A program made the translations under genes and the position numbers. The notes under the pieces were generated by a model, which was not told where the DNA came from, did not search any database, and saw nothing but the letters and a program-made list of their open reading frames with translations. Positions 14,108-28,515 of a stretch of 64,000 nt of DNA are shown here, piece by piece. Positions within the stretch are counted from its first letter, which is position 1, and each line of letters begins with the position of its first letter. The stretch covers positions 1,984,001 through 2,048,000 of the forward strand of contig NC_045138.2 of the NCBI RefSeq assembly GCF_008831285.2, read 5' to 3'. This stretch comes from Nymphaea colorata (Eukaryota).

Positions 14108-17100
14108 ATGACAAAAGCAGAGGAAGAAGATGCTGATAAAACCACCGGTCTCGACCTCAAAGCTGTTGATGGCGGGTTCAGAGGCCATCTTGGCCCTTCT
14201 ACCAGGGAGACGGAGCTTAGGCTTGGGCTTTGCATCCCTCGTGATAAAGAGGTTTGTGACGAGAAGAAGGGAAGTGGGCAGGCGGCTAACCAGAAGAATG
14301 GTGGTTCAGGAGTTGTTGCTGGTTGGAAGAGAGGATACTCACATGCGATCGGAGGTGCTGAAGAGAAGAGAGTCATCTCTGGTTTTGGCAATCCGTGGTC
14401 TCTCGTGCAATTCTGTTCTGTGGGAGTTCTTACCGGAGGCATCAAGGGGTCAGCCGATGGCTTTGGCGCGGGCAAAGGCGCGACAGGTTCGGCCATGGAC
14501 CAAGAAAAGATTATCTCAGAACAGAAACCGAAGGTTGAACCAACAAATGCTGTACTCCAGAGGTTGGTTTCTTCTATTATTATTATTATCATCATCATTC
14601 TTTATTTTTTTCTCCTTTTGAGCTCTGTCATGGCCTCTGTGTTTCTCCATAGACCTTCTCTTTCAGTTTTTTCTTTCCTCTTTTCTGTTTTTTTCCACTT
14701 CTTTTCTTGATGAGTTTTCATGATATGACATGAGGGTTGTACTGATAGGTCTTGGCGTTTATCTCTTTCCTTGTGGATTTGGTGTCTGACATTCAGTTGA
14801 GCGTGTTTCCCTTTACTTGCTTTTTATTATTTTTTCCTCTACTTGGTATCTATTTTCTGAACCTTTTCTGCTGATTATTTCCGTAATGACAAATATGGGC
14901 CTATGGGATAGGGGAACTGAATAAAATTGATTGGCGTGCCTCCAAAGTGTCAAAAGATGCCTTAACTAAAATCATACTTATGAAGCAGATTAAAAAATGT
15001 TGCTGTGATTAAAAAATGTTGCTGTGTCAGTTGATCATGCTTACTGTCTATGGCTCAGTGATCTTCATGCAAAACAGTTGAATTACAGAGATGAGCACCC
15101 TGTGAAGAAAGGAGAGCTGTAGGAGCACACTGCTCACTAAATGGGTGTATGAGTAATTTTGCTTTCAGTGGCAGCAGTCACATGTCCCGTAGTTTCAGTA
15201 TCTAGCTTGTGGTTTCTGGTTCTCTAGCTGATAGGGCAGAATTGAATTGCAGTTACCAACTACAGACTTTGAAAGGCAGAAATATGCTCCTCTACTTCGC
15301 TGGAAACTCCGGACTCCTACACTGTCCTTATGTACATTTCTTTCATTTCTATACTTTTTGGGTTCTTACTGTTAAAGATAAACTGTACCTTTGCATTTAT
15401 CGAGGCTGCCCTCCTTCCTGTCCTTGTCCTGACTGCCAGTTCCATGTCAAACTAGTTCATGGTAGTGCTCCTTATCTTCATCTCCATGTTTTCTATTTTC
15501 TTGGTCTCTTCCAATCATATCATATCTTTCCTCCTCCTTCTCTGTCTCTCCTCTGTTATAATCAGTGTTTTCTCTTTTAAATTCCTCACTGTTCCTTTTC
15601 TCATTCACGCGCAGACGTATATATGTAACGAACACGCAAGCGTCAGTACATGCTTGGTCCATGTCATCTACTTTGATGTGCTTTTCTTTTGGGAGTTTGT
15701 GTTAGCAAAGCTGTGGCATGGCTGCTTCACGATGCTACTGGTAACTGGCCCACCCACCTGAACCTAAAACTCTCTTCTTCCAAAAGATACAGCTAAGGGA
15801 GAAAAGCTAATTGTTGTCTTCAAAATCATTTTTTTTTTTCTAGCAGAGAAAGCTAGATCGCGTGTCTGCTTCTTTCAGAATTAGCTGCCTTTGTTTTAAG
15901 AATGTTTCATGATCATAGAGGAAACAAATATTTGATTCTTTCTCCATCTCCTCCTGGTTGCCATAAAAATTTTTCAGAGCTCCCCCTGTTGTTGGCTGGC
16001 CACCAGTTCGCACATCTCGGAAGAATTTGACTCCTCAACCAAGATCAGACATGGAGAAGGAGAAGGGGGTTGAGTCCTCAGAGAAGCCTGACAAGAAGGT
16101 GGAGGATTCTCTGTTTGTGAAGGTTAACATGGACGGATTCCCCATCGGCCGGAAGATCGATCTCAAGGCTTATGACAGTTATGTGTCACTGTCTCGGGGG
16201 CTTCAGCAGCTGTTCAGCAGGTTCCTGGATGGTATGGACCTCTGTCATCTCTTCCAAGCTCACCAATTTTAACAACACCACTACGCTTCCCTTCTCTTCC
16301 ATGATGAACCTCTGCTTATTTTTAACTCCTCTCTTGAAGTTTCCTCTGTTTCACTTCTGGTTCTCTGATGCCAACTGATTTTGAGGACACCAAATTCAGT
16401 TTCGTACTTCTTTTTTGGTTTCTGATCTTCATGATTAAAGACTATTGTGGCTATTTCTGATCGTCGTGTCCACTAACTTTCATTGTCATGTTATCTGTAT
16501 GGTTACTTTACTGCACTGAAACATTATGAGGTCAAGTCTGACAAGGACGTTCTGCTTTGTTCTTATCCCTCGTTCACTGTTATTGGCTTGTTTTCTTCTA
16601 CTTTTTTGGTTCTTTTCATGTGAGACCCAGCTTTCATTGCCTGCACATTGGAAGAATCCAATTTTTCTTCTTGTATCTATCTATTTGCCAGTCTTCCTGT
16701 AATTGGCTTGCTACTGCACCTGTTGTCTAATCTCATGTAGCCTTTTACTGTGATATCCATATATTCATTTAAATGTTGCTCTCTTTTAACATGTCAAACT
16801 TCTGCCCGGTCAGAACTCAGACTGACTGAGCTCACCTAGCCTACTAGTCCCAGCCTGTTAGTCAAATAGCGCATCTCAAGCCAACAAGGGCCTTGCAGAC
16901 CTGGCTGGATCAAACTTAGACCTTCAAGTTAAAGCAGGTCAAGAGTTTATTACTCAAGCTGCTTGACCTTAGCCTGACTATCAGAAAGACAGTAGAACTC
17001 CAAGCATCATCCCGGATTCCAAACTTCGAGTCGCTTGATGCTTTAGAAACTTGCCTAGTTCCAGTTTTTGATTTGTTTGGCCCGAGCGAGCTCTAAGTCC

Positions 17101-20100
17101 TGGCCACAAGATGCTCAATTCTGAACTAACCAAGCCTGGCTAGTTTCACTTGACCCTGCTCTGTTGCTATTGTTAGATAGATCTTTCACATCCAGTACTG
17201 AGCTCATGATTCTGTCAGATAAAGTTTGTTGAAAAACAACAGCTAAAGTGGATTAGTATGAGTTCCAGGCATCCTGATCCTAAGTCCGAATATGAAACAC
17301 TGTGTAATTGTCATCATGGGGACATCATCATCTTTGTCTCTTCATAATGGGGATGGCTGGCCTTATGTTTGGCAAGGTTTGATGGCAACCAGTGGGCCTA
17401 GCTGCATGTTTCTTCGCGGCTCAGACAAGTTGTGCTTCTAGTCAATGGCCAGATGACAAAACTCGGACCGACTTGTTCCCTAGTCGTCGTGGGACCGGAC
17501 CATGTTCAGGCCTATGAATTGGTCTGTGGTGATGATGATTTGATTTGATAATAGTCCTTACATGGGCAGCTTGACTTATCTTGTGGAGGTTGGTGAAGTC
17601 AAGTAGAGCCTTTCAGATTGCAATATTGTCTTGTATCAATCAGGTCTGCAACTTGCATGGCCTTGTACAGGTTCATTGCCTAACCACTAACAGGACTCAG
17701 CATCAACCAAAGCAAAGTCTCCTGTTCTTGTTTGGCAAAACCCGAAAATGGTCGCGAAAGTAAGGAATTTGAAAGTTTCTGATGGTAAGCTGTGACTGGA
17801 TGAAGTTGAGGCCACCAAGTTTGTAAACTTAAAAGACCAGCAGCAGGCATACTGTTTCTTGTGAGTCCAGTTGACCGTTGACCGGTTTCGAGTCAAACCC
17901 GATTGGTTGCGCCTAATCTGTATCAAATATTTGTGATTTCTAATTCGTTTTTTCTTTTATTAAAGGTGATTTTCTTTTGACTTATTGAATTTTCAGTTTA
18001 ATTTTCATATATATGATCTGGGATCTGTTAATGTTAACAGTTGATATTAAGATGGAAGTGGAAAGGGATACTGCTGAGCACGTCCTTGTTTATGAAGACA
18101 ATGAAGGAGACCGTATGCTGGTTGGGGACGTGCCATGGGAGTGAGCATTTCTTCTCTTTTAGTCTCTCTTTTTTACCAGGCCTAGGTCAGTGAGGTTGGC
18201 TCGGTCAACTCAAACTATGGAACTATACCCGGTTCGGGTAGTCGAGTCAATCGGGAAGGGACTCTTTCCCATTGGGTTTGACTGGGCTCAACACATCCTG
18301 GCCGTCAAACTTGCGCATAAGCTCACTTTGACATGGGCTAGGCTGGTTTGATCAGTTGCGGCCTTGGTCACTGCTCATGATCTGGGCTAGCCCCGGACCT
18401 GCTTGGTGCAGCTAAACCCAACTACTTTGACCCACGCTGAGTTGGGATTAGTTTTAAGCTAAAACGAGGTCCACGTTCATCATAAGTCCTTTTGTTGGCT
18501 GCAGCGGATCTAGAATTGGGTTTGAGAACAGCAAATATGCAATCTGGATTTGAGTTCATGATCTTGGTTATGGTTTGCGACCAAACTCGAGTAATACACT
18601 AATCAAGTAATCTTAGATCCTCTTAGTGCATTAAAAGCCATAATCCATGTGCTTACAAGTAGGCGGCCGACATGTCAAGTTACTCGAACTTGTCCCGGGC
18701 TCAACCCAGTTAGAAACTTTTCAATCTCAAGTCATGGGATAAACGAGTCGACTTCGAATTCAACCATATCTACATATATGAGAGAAGTCAGCTGGATGTT
18801 GGATGTAGTTAAAGCACTATAAATAATCGCTACAAGCACTATAAACCGTTGCTGCACTATAAACCGCCGCTAATGCTTTTGTGGCTACAGTCTTTTACTG
18901 ATAGATTTTTAATCATCTAGCTTAGCCAAGCTGAGCCTGAGTTAAGCTCGAGTTTCATTCAGATTGGCTGAGCTGACCCTTGAGCTGCACAACTCGATGT
19001 TGGGTGAAGTTTGAGCCGAGCTCATTTCAGACCTACACACGATGTCAGTGTCTCGGACCTCATGGTTCCATATGTTTTGCCAGTTTTAGTGAACTTGGAC
19101 TTGATGATGAATCCAAAGATAAATAGGTCACTTTAGAAATTATATATCATAATCGAAAAACTGAATTTGAATCTTCTTGATTGGAACCGATGTGTCACAA
19201 AAGTATTAATTGAACGAATTCAGCGATTTAGTTGTCAATTGATACATATTTTTTTTTAAAGTAAATAAAAAATATATTCACTATTAGAAATCGCTATTTA
19301 AAATATATCCATGTCTTATCCGGAATCCAAATCCATGCTGATCAATTCGATCCATTTGGCAGAGCTAGGCCTGACTGCTACACATGCACACACACACACA
19401 CATATATATATAACTCAACGAGAAAAATGAATCCCTTTAAATTGATTAACTATCTATACAATCTAACCTTTCAGACATAATTTTATAAGAAAGAGTTATT
19501 AAGTTAATCATCATTTCAGTTTAAATGTTTTTGTAGTAATCACAAGGTAACAGTTCTTTTCACATTAAAACTTTGATAATAAAAATATAAATGTCTTTCA
19601 TAAAATTACCATGAATTAAATCATGTTTCCCATGAAATTAGTGTTCATAAATGTATTGGGACGTTCTAAGTAGTCTACTTTTTGTCCCTGACTAATTACA
19701 TGGAACTTGCTGCAAACACTAGCGAAACTCTCTCTTAATTTAAAACGGACATTGTCTACCTGTCATTTTTTCACATCGCTATATACGACTATCCTCTATC
19801 TGTATATTAATTTAAAGTCAAGACACACACAAAAAGAGTTTTATTTCATTTAAATTTTTGAAAAAACCAGAAAAAATGTTCTTATATAAGAATTTATGCT
19901 TATTCTTATGAATTTTCCACTTTTTTTTTCAGGATGTTTGTTAGCTCAGTTAAGAGGCTTTGGATCATGAACGGGTCAGAAGCACCTACTATTGGTAAAC
20001 ATTCTTGATGTGATCTAAGATTATATGTTAAATAGAAAATGAGTTTCAATAGAAAGTACATAGGAACATCTTGTTCCTAAGAACACCAGGATGGAACATT

Positions 20101-20393
20101 TTCTGTTCCTGATGTACTTTGGAATAAGAATCAAACCTATCCTTAAGAGGATACTTGGTAATCAGAAGAACATTGTGTTCTTGTAACACATTGAAAAAAA
20201 CATATATACTTCATCACTAATGATTTCATCTTTTTGCATAGTCCTTAGTGAATAGACTATTTATAATACATTTACTTCAGGAACGCTTTGTTCTGTTTCT
20301 CCTTTTTTCTTTATGTAGATTAAATGCCATTATCATATCATCTTTGCTTTCCTTTGTGCAGCTACCACAAGATCCACAAAGTATGGCACATAA
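14108..20393 (+). CDS. IAA: Aux/IAA auxin-responsive transcriptional repressor, 5 coding exons, 300 aa
   Basis: Exons 14108-14562, 15978-16231, 18041-18140, 19933-19994 and 20362-20393, all GT-AG with consistent phases (903 nt including TAA). Domain I ELRLGL, KR motif, domain II VGWPPVR, domain III FVKVNMDGFPIGRKIDL, domain IV [26 protein letters not shown]. Confidence 0.93.
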
Positions 20394-22156
20394 TAATGAA
20401 GCTCTTGGCTCATATTTAAGTGAACAGAAAGGTTATGGACCTTATATTAGAAAGAGAGAGAGAGAGAGAGAGAGAGTAGGGTTGTTCAGTGAGATTTATC
20501 ATTTTCTTATCAAGCTTGTGTTTGTTTGGGGACATTGAAATATGTAGAATATGTATGCATTAATTAAGAAGTGGTCTAATGTTATCTGATAATGAGGCTT
20601 GGTAATTAACTAATGTATAATGCATATTTTGTTCTGAAAGGCAAGCAAGTATTATCATCTTATGATTTCTACCTCTGCTTTTGATTGAATGGTATCCTTA
20701 AGTTTCATGGTTTTTGAATTGTATAGTTTGTTTAATTTGCGGAATATCCTACACCCGCACCCTGGTGACTGAGCTTTGAGGATATGTTGGATAACCTTGG
20801 ATTTAAAATCAGATGATGAATCCAGCATTTTAGAAGACCTTGGATCTTAAAACCATTGATTTTGAATCCTTTAAAGGAGCAAAATCTATGGTTTTGAAAC
20901 CATAAAACCCATGACGGCCATTGAGGATTTCAAAAAGACTAAAAAAGTCTCAACACTAGTGAGGGTTTTAGACCACTTGTTTGCATCCTTAAAATTTTGG
21001 TTGGTTTTGGAGTGTTCCAGAAAAATGAGTTTTGTTTTGAAAATGAAAGAGAAAGAGAGTCGCTCGTCGGTATGAGGATCGACCATTCTCAGCACCTTTA
21101 CTAGGGGTAATCAACCTCAGAACAATGTTTATTATTGATGCATTTCACTTTGGCTTAAAACATATTTTTCATTCTATATGCGGTGTAGAAAAATATTGAA
21201 AGTATGATGTTTCAAATTTTCGAAGAATTGCTTAAGAATATGAAACATTTTGAGGAAAACTAGAGTTGAGAAATCTTTGTAAATATCATTTGAAAAGCTT
21301 AGAGAATCATTTTGGGAATCACTTTGCTGTTCTCTTAATACTTTAAGTAGGTTTGAGTGTTTGCTATAATTCGGTTACTACCTAATTAGAGTTTCATCTC
21401 ATCTTACTTAAGTTCTTTTACAGATGTGATTGTCCTCATTTGTGATATAAAGTGAATGTGAATGCATGAATGTATTGATCCTATATGATTAAAAGAGAAT
21501 GAAGCATTCCTACCACAACATTCATCTAAGACATTCCTATCATAACATACATCTAAGGTTTTTGTTTTGATATAAATATCATATATAAGAAGGAAATGTT
21601 TTTGAAAGTGGATTGGAGTTGTAAACCATTAAACATGAATCCAATATTCAGTCATTACTTGAGTTATGGTCTTAGTGAAGTCGGTAAATGAAAAATTAAA
21701 AATTTAAATGACAAAAGAAAAATATTGAAAGAATGAAAGACATGAAAGACTTTCATAGAGAAATAGAGAGAGAGAGATAGAAAATGATATATATATACGT
21801 GTACTTATATGCACATATATGAAAATTTGTAACAAATGATTTTGATTCAAATAAGGAGAGAGATTTTTAGAGGAAAAGAAAAATACCTATACATACTTAT
21901 ATGTGTATGTATAAGAAAATTTATAACGAACAACATTCGTCTTGAAAAGAGAGATAAAAGATTCAAGAGATAGAAAATAGAACACATATACACATGTATT
22001 CATGTATATATAAAAATTTGTAAAATATGTAAACATAGATAGAGAGAGATAGAAGAAAATTATCATGTGCACATATATGTATATAGCATGTATATACTTG
22101 CATATCTTCATGAGATTAAAAATCAAGAAATAAAAAATAACCGACTTCAAGTTTGA

Positions 22157-24424
22157 TGTAAGCCGGAGGGGAGCTTGGACTCATGCAAGAGCCTAAGTTA
22201 AATCTCCAAAGTCACATTAGAGATTGTATTTGCTTTTAAAAATCTTTTGTAAAATATGATTTATATGCAAGCATAGAATGTTATTATTTGGTTTATTACA
22301 AGGAAAAATCTTCCATCGTTGGCTATGGAAGAAAATCAAGCAACATAACGAGATACTCGTTAGTGTTTCTAATTGGATGATTAAGAAGGAAACTGTACGT
22401 AATGACATGAGAATACATTTTTAACATGTACATATTCGTGAAGGTTTTTTTGAGTTGGATAAGTCTCAACCTCAAAAATTAATATGAAAATAAAAATAAA
22501 GAACTCCAAACCATACTCTCATTACCATCATATATTCATATATAAATATATAGACAATATTCAAGAAAGGAAAGAGAGAAAGAGAGGATGATGGAAAGAG
22601 AAAAGTTCAACTAGGAGGAAGGGCATGATGTAACTACGAAATGATATATTATCTCATATTTTCATGCTCCTGGTGCGCTTGAGCATAATCTCTTGTCTCT
22701 AAAAAAAAAAGAGATTGAGTACTATTTTTTTCGCTATTGAGATATGAAGATAAGAAAAAAATGAAGAAAAAAACAATGTAGTATTTAATAAAGAGAAAAC
22801 ATGATTTAATTATGAAATAAAAGATCATCTCATCTTTCCATGCTCCTGGTGTCCTTGAGAATAGTCTCTTGTCTCTAAAAAGAGGTTGAGTGTAATTTCC
22901 TTTGGCCACGGAGAGATAAAGATTACAAAAAAAAATAAAGAGAACAACAACAAGACTATATTCAAGAAAAAGAAATAACAATAATAATAAAAGCATATTA
23001 ATGAAGAAAAAGAGAGCATGATTTAATCATAGAATAAAATATCATCTCATCTTCTCATACTTCCAGTGCACTCGAGCATAGTCTCTTGCTTCTTCTAAAA
23101 AGAGGTTGAATGCTATCTCCTTTGACTATGGGGAGATGAAGAAGAGATGGAAATGAAGAGAGAAAAAAGATAGATGATGATCACATACCTCTAATGAGAA
23201 ATGACTTAAGAAAATGAATGGCAATGCTTGAAATGATCTTAGACTTACCTTGAAAGAACCTCCAAGATAATAAAGATGATGTCTCCAAGGAAGTTGTATC
23301 TTACTCCAAGTTGAAGAAGAAGCGGAGAAATGAAAAGAGGAAGATGAAGAGAGAAAGAACTCAAAAGAAACCCTAAATCTTCCAGTGAAAATACTATAAA
23401 GTTTCGTGAGAATACTATAGGGTTTCTACCAATGACCACTCTTGCCCAAGAGGGGAGGGTGGAGGGGGGGGAGGGAGAGTTGAGATATTTATATAGGATT
23501 TTGGAGCCAAAACTCAAATTTTGATTTTTTTTTATTTTATAACATTTTCATTCGAATTTCACATAATTTTGATTTATTTATAATTTTTTATAAAAGAAAT
23601 AGGTTACAAATAAATGGGATTGACCATTAGGTCTGTAAAAACATTTTCAAGTGTGGGCAGGGCTGTTGCCCATACAAAAAGACCAAAACAGCCCCTTAAA
23701 GGGCTTTTTTTTGTCAAAAAGAAGGGGGAAGGGGCATGTAACAGCGCTTGGATGCAATAGCGTCGGGCGCTGTCCCGCGCGACCTCGGCACGCATGGTCA
23801 CGCGCGCCATCGTGTGACTGCGGCATGAGCGGTCGTGTGACGTTCTGTCGCAGGACCGCGACAGCTCGCACGTGGGGTCACACGACGTTCTGTTGCGCGA
23901 CCGCGACAGCTCACGTGCAGGGTCGCGCGACTGCGCATGTGTTGTTCTCGTGCGTGGGGTCGCGCGACTGCACGCGTGTTGTTCTCACGTGCACGTTTCG
24001 GGACGCACGATAACTCAAACATTTTTTTAAATCAAATAAAATTTAATAAAATCTAATAAAATAAATATGAAATAAAAATATTGTTGAAATGTTCATTTTT
24101 ATTTAAAATATGTAAACAAAATCTTTGTTGAAGAAAAATGGGTGGTCGACTTAATTTTGAGCGTCTCCGAACTCGCTCCAAATCCAATTTTGGGTTTAAT
24201 CGGTTGTGGACTCGTTCGAGCATGTGACTTGGGTTTAAAACTCATTTTGGCATGAGAAATGGGCTTTTTAAACAATGGGTTTTGCACGCGCGATGCTCAA
24301 ATTTTGTCATTTCGAATGTGATTCAAATTTTACATCTAAAATGCCTGATTTGAATTTGAACTTGGGTTTTGAATCTAATTTGAATCCAAAAGTTAGGTTT
24401 GAAAAAATTTGAATTTTTACAACA
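22157..24424 (-). mobile_element. Putative solo LTR (Gypsy Tat/Ogre/Athila-like), ~2.3 kb
   Basis: On the minus strand it runs TGTTGTAAAAATT...CCGGCTTACA. It contains CpG-rich subrepeats (23750-24010), TATA CCTATATAAAT (~23490) followed by a pyrimidine-rich tract, and three related tandem units (22650-23140). It is absent from the inverted duplicate arm. The TSD is unconvincing (TTGA/CTGA). Confidence 0.55.
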
Positions 24425-25190
24425 CTGAATAATGGATATTTTTTTGACAGCCTTTGAGAAATTGAAAGAGAGTGAACAAGAAGACCATTGGGTCTCATGG
24501 CGACACCTTCAATCTCAAGATTAATGCTATACTTAATACTATCAAGATAGCTTCCTCCAAGATTTGCTAATGGAGGTCGAGAATTGAAAAAGGGAAAAGA
24601 GAGGGGCAAGATGCAGAAGAGACCAACCCAAGCACTGGACCATGAATTGCAAATTTTATAGAAGACAAAACCAATCCAAATATCCTTAAGGGTCATCTCG
24701 CAACAGGAACAGTAACAACTTATTGTTGTATGTATCTATAAGTTGTATGCAGCTTATTGTTGTATGTATCTGTCCTAAAGATTGGGACGAATTCATAATA
24801 CAATAACATAATAACATAATATTCTATAAATGTATCAAATGTTTGATACAGATGCATGAAGCCATATATTATTATTGTTGTTGTCAAACAACTTTTTTTC
24901 GAATTAAAATCAATAAGCATGGCAAAAGGAATGCTTCACCGGAAGTTTGGAAAAAAAAAATTATTAATGACAAAACTACCCTTAAAAGAAAAAACTAAAC
25001 CCGTAAAATTATGGTACGTTCCCCAATCTAGAGTTTGTTAGATACGCGAATTTAAAGGAAACCGTTTGCTAGATAAGTTCAATGCCTCCATAAAATTTAT
25101 TCCCTCTTTATTACACGCGAGAGAGTTTACACATTTATGAAAATTAATTAGCTTTTAACAGAATACTTTATTTAATTTTCCATACGTTTA

Positions 25191-25449
25191 CAAGGAGTGG
25201 ACTCGGCCGCCGGAGGGGAGCTGGAAGAGGTTCTTCTGGCATGTGTTGCTGGGGAAGGTGGGGCTGTGCGCCAAGGACTGCCTGGATGCGGCGCATCCCA
25301 AGTCGTTCTGGGATGGGTGGGACACATGGGACCGGTGCAATGCCGACTGCGACTACAACATCTTGGGGCCGGAGAGGCCGCCGGACATCCCCTGCCCCAA
25401 CCCCTTCTACCACGGTCGACCCCATGGCCATGGCCCTTTCCCGCCTTAG
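25191..25449 (+). pseudogene. 5'-truncated inverted copy of the Trp/Cys-rich secreted protein gene
   Basis: Reads KEWTRPPEGSWKRFFWHVLLGKVGLCAKDC...CNADC...HGPFPP*, equivalent to residue 41 onward of the intact copies. No ATG, signal peptide or TATA; it is fused directly to distal upstream flank sequence. Confidence 0.85.
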
Positions 25450-25496
25450 CTTCCTTCATCTGCTCAGCCGGTTGACTGATCCTATGCTGCTCAGCA

Positions 25497-25639
25497 CGAG
25501 TGAAACCAGGATTTTCTGTATGGGTCTGCAGTTCGATTTCTGGATCGGGATAAGGGCAAACTGAATTTTAATACAAAAAATATATTACATAATTAAAAAA
25601 TATTATTTTTTTCAACCCCCCTCCCCCCGGCCCTGTGGT
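25497..25639. mobile_element. Small MITE-like insertion in the 3' UTR of the truncated copy
   Basis: Absent from the intact copies, flanked by duplicated TCAGCA, with imperfect inverted ends GAAACCAGG/CCTGTGGTTC. Confidence 0.45.
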
Positions 25640-26609
25640 TCAGCATCCACCGATGTTGCCCCGTGTCTCTTCTTTTTCTCCTCCTCATCTCTTCCCAATC
25701 AATCAAAAGATACAATAAGTTTATCAATGTTAGCCCATATACATGTGATGATATTCATATTTGTAATATTAATGTCGCATATTTTGCTATGAAAACATTA
25801 TTAGACACGAATAGGATTAGCTTCATATATGTTTCTCATGATAATATTCTTCAAATCACATTTGTACAGTTGGATTGTGCAAAAAGTGTTCTATTAACGG
25901 GGTCAAGTTTCAATCCCTGGTCTCGATCCTGTCAATTACTCTCTCCTTCTCTCTCTGGCTTTATATATATATATACACACACATATTGTCCAACTACGCC
26001 CCCTTGTTTCTGAGCTTTTCTATGGTGTTGTGATGTTATCCACAGGAGATTTTGTGCTCGGTGCTCATCTTCTTCGTGAAATTAAGCAATGAACCTTCAT
26101 CTTTATCTTTCCCTCACTCATTCATTTAGAGAAAACCTGAAATGCCCACTAGATATTCTACTCTAGCTAATTTACCTGCACATGAGGAGAATGGGATTTT
26201 CCTAGTATTGTCTTTCAGAAAAAATTTTTACATGAACTCAATTGACTCGATTGTTGCTTTGTGACGTCCAAACAATTTGAGGTTATAGTTTGCAAGTATA
26301 TGAAATGAGATATAAGTTGTAAGGACCTTAGTTAGCTTGACTCAACTAGGCTCATATATTACTCGGCTTCAATTGGGGTCAAGATGTACAAGTTAAGCTC
26401 GAGCTCGTCCAGTTTGGACTCGTTTACTAACGTTCCATTTTACTTGATCTCTTTCTATGGTCTTAAGTTCAAAAAAAAAAAAACATTGATTAACCAAACT
26501 TACTCAAAGTTTAATGAAGTCGCATTTGTTTATAAGCTCAAGCCCGATTTAGCGAGCAAGTTAGTCGAGCTAAAGTCATACAACCCTAACTAGATCTAAA
26601 CAATTTAAA

Positions 26610-26674
26610 GAATTGGCTAGCTGCTTCCAAAACCCTCCCACCCTCATCTCATAATCGATCAAGCACTATATACT

Positions 26675-26708
<34 letters not shown>

Positions 26709-27110
26709 ATTTTTCAATAATGTTTATGAAATTAAAGTTTATTATGGTCACATGTATAAGGGAGAACAAATAATCAGTTTTCTTTTTTCTTTTCAACTGA
26801 TTCATTTAATTGGACACATTTAAAATTGTATGCAATCCAATAAAATTTTAAGATACACTTAAAACTTTGAGTAGTGATCATATAATTAAACAGTTCTGGA
26901 TTGGGTTGAGTCTGCAATGGTGTTAACATGAATGAAACTTCATTTTTCAGAAAAAAAAAAGAGTAATCGGATTAGCATAAGATTTGATATTTACAAGTAG
27001 TCGGATTAGATCTTTCTCATATTTCAGTGGAATATGATCATCTACGATTTTGAACAAATATACATTGGTTCGGGTCAAATTCTTGGATGTGTAGGCGGGA
27101 TTTAAACAGC
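26610..27110 (-). pseudogene. 'Empty' unit of the secreted-protein array (3' flank fused to 5' flank, gene body absent)
   Basis: 26610-26776 matches 28400-28587, and 26777-27050 matches 29203-29490. The intervening ~615 bp (3' UTR, CDS, TATA) is missing. Confidence 0.8.
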
Positions 27111-27269
27111 TTAAGCTACCTAAACAAATCAAGATAGACGACATTCAGTGGCATTCAAGAAAGCGCCATTGGATGTCATTTATGAAGCATAACAATCGCC
27201 ACCAAAAATACCAATAAATGTCGTGACGTTGATGTTATTCAGCATCAAAACACCATTAATGAATGCATT

Positions 27270-28040
27270 CGTAGCTTCTACCAAGAATCATTGGCAGAGA
27301 CCAAGGCGTCCCCGCAAGGGATTAAAGAGATGGGTACTCCACTTCCTTTAAAACTCCATGGCTGTTTGAGATCTGGTGTATGATACCTCCAATGGTAGTT
27401 CGGAGGATTTGGCAGTCCAGGAACCAGCATATATCCATGACAGTATGAGAATTTGTGCTAGGTCCATCCTCCGTAATACAGTGCAGGACCTACGTATTAT
27501 AGCTGTCCAGTTCACTTGGGGAAAGCATCACTCTGAAGCTATGCATCTTTGGTGGAGTATTCGGATCCGATGCTTCGATCAGGCTTCCATTCAGATGGGT
27601 GCGCTGCCTCATTGGTTTTGTGATTGCTGTGGGACACAGGGATCGTTGTTTCCATGGGAGTTTTATATATCAGGGTCTTGGGCACTGGCTGGATTTCGAG
27701 ACTCTGAATTCCTGCCTTGAGCTTATTCCTAGACAGATGAACAAAGTTTTTCTAATTTTGCAAAGTAAGCAGTGGGGACAGTTTTGCAGAAACTCCATTA
27801 CTGGTCCTCCTAATACAGTAAGAGGGTTTCCTGCTCTCCTCTCGAGTTGCTTAGAGCTACCCATTGCACACACGGATCTCGAAACACTTTTTATTTTTAT
27901 ATTGATATTTTGAGTGATTTTACTTTGAAGTTTTTAAATTTTATACCTAGTACGCCTTAGCTAGAAATTTTTTTACTCTGTCCCCCGTTAACTTTAGAAA
28001 CATGCGCTTTTCTTTGAGGCTTAATACAATGCCTGTCGCG
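27270..28040 (+). mobile_element. Decayed 3' fragment of an L1-type LINE
   Basis: An interrupted frame reads WCMIPPMVVRRIWQSRNQ (the LINE W..IW..RN motif), then an RNase-H-like GSDAS segment and a T-rich 3' UTR. Confidence 0.5.
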
Positions 28041-28456
28041 ATGATTTCTTTACAGTTAGAGGTTTGTAGCTCCACCATCGCATCTGTAGCGGCTACGGTT
28101 TCAATAATACTAGAGATTGAAACGGTGGGAAGATAATTCTGCGCCGACGAAGATTATCACCGCTGTGGGGCATCTTCGGTTTAACAGATACATTTTCATA
28201 AATTTTATAAATCAAAACCCCGAAAGTCTCTAAATATAAAATTTTATACGTCAAAACCCTGAAAAACAGAAAATTATAGATACCAAAAAGAAAAAAAAAT
28301 TGAAACTTTGTTTGTTTGTTGGCTCAGAATTTCACGTGGGATCAACTTTTTCCTAGAGATAATATATAAATAGTTGAAGTAGAAGTCATGAAAAGAGTTG
28401 GCGTTCTGCTTCCAAACTCCTCCCACCCTTATCTCAAGATCGATCAAACACTATAT

Positions 28457-28515
<59 letters not shown>

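Noticed and set aside
28090..28165. Two short hairpins (GTTTCAAT/ATTGAAAC and GATAATTCT/AGAATTATC) as a Helitron 3' end or structured RNA
   Set aside because: No properly placed CTRR terminus and no RNA-family motif; more likely MITE debris or chance.
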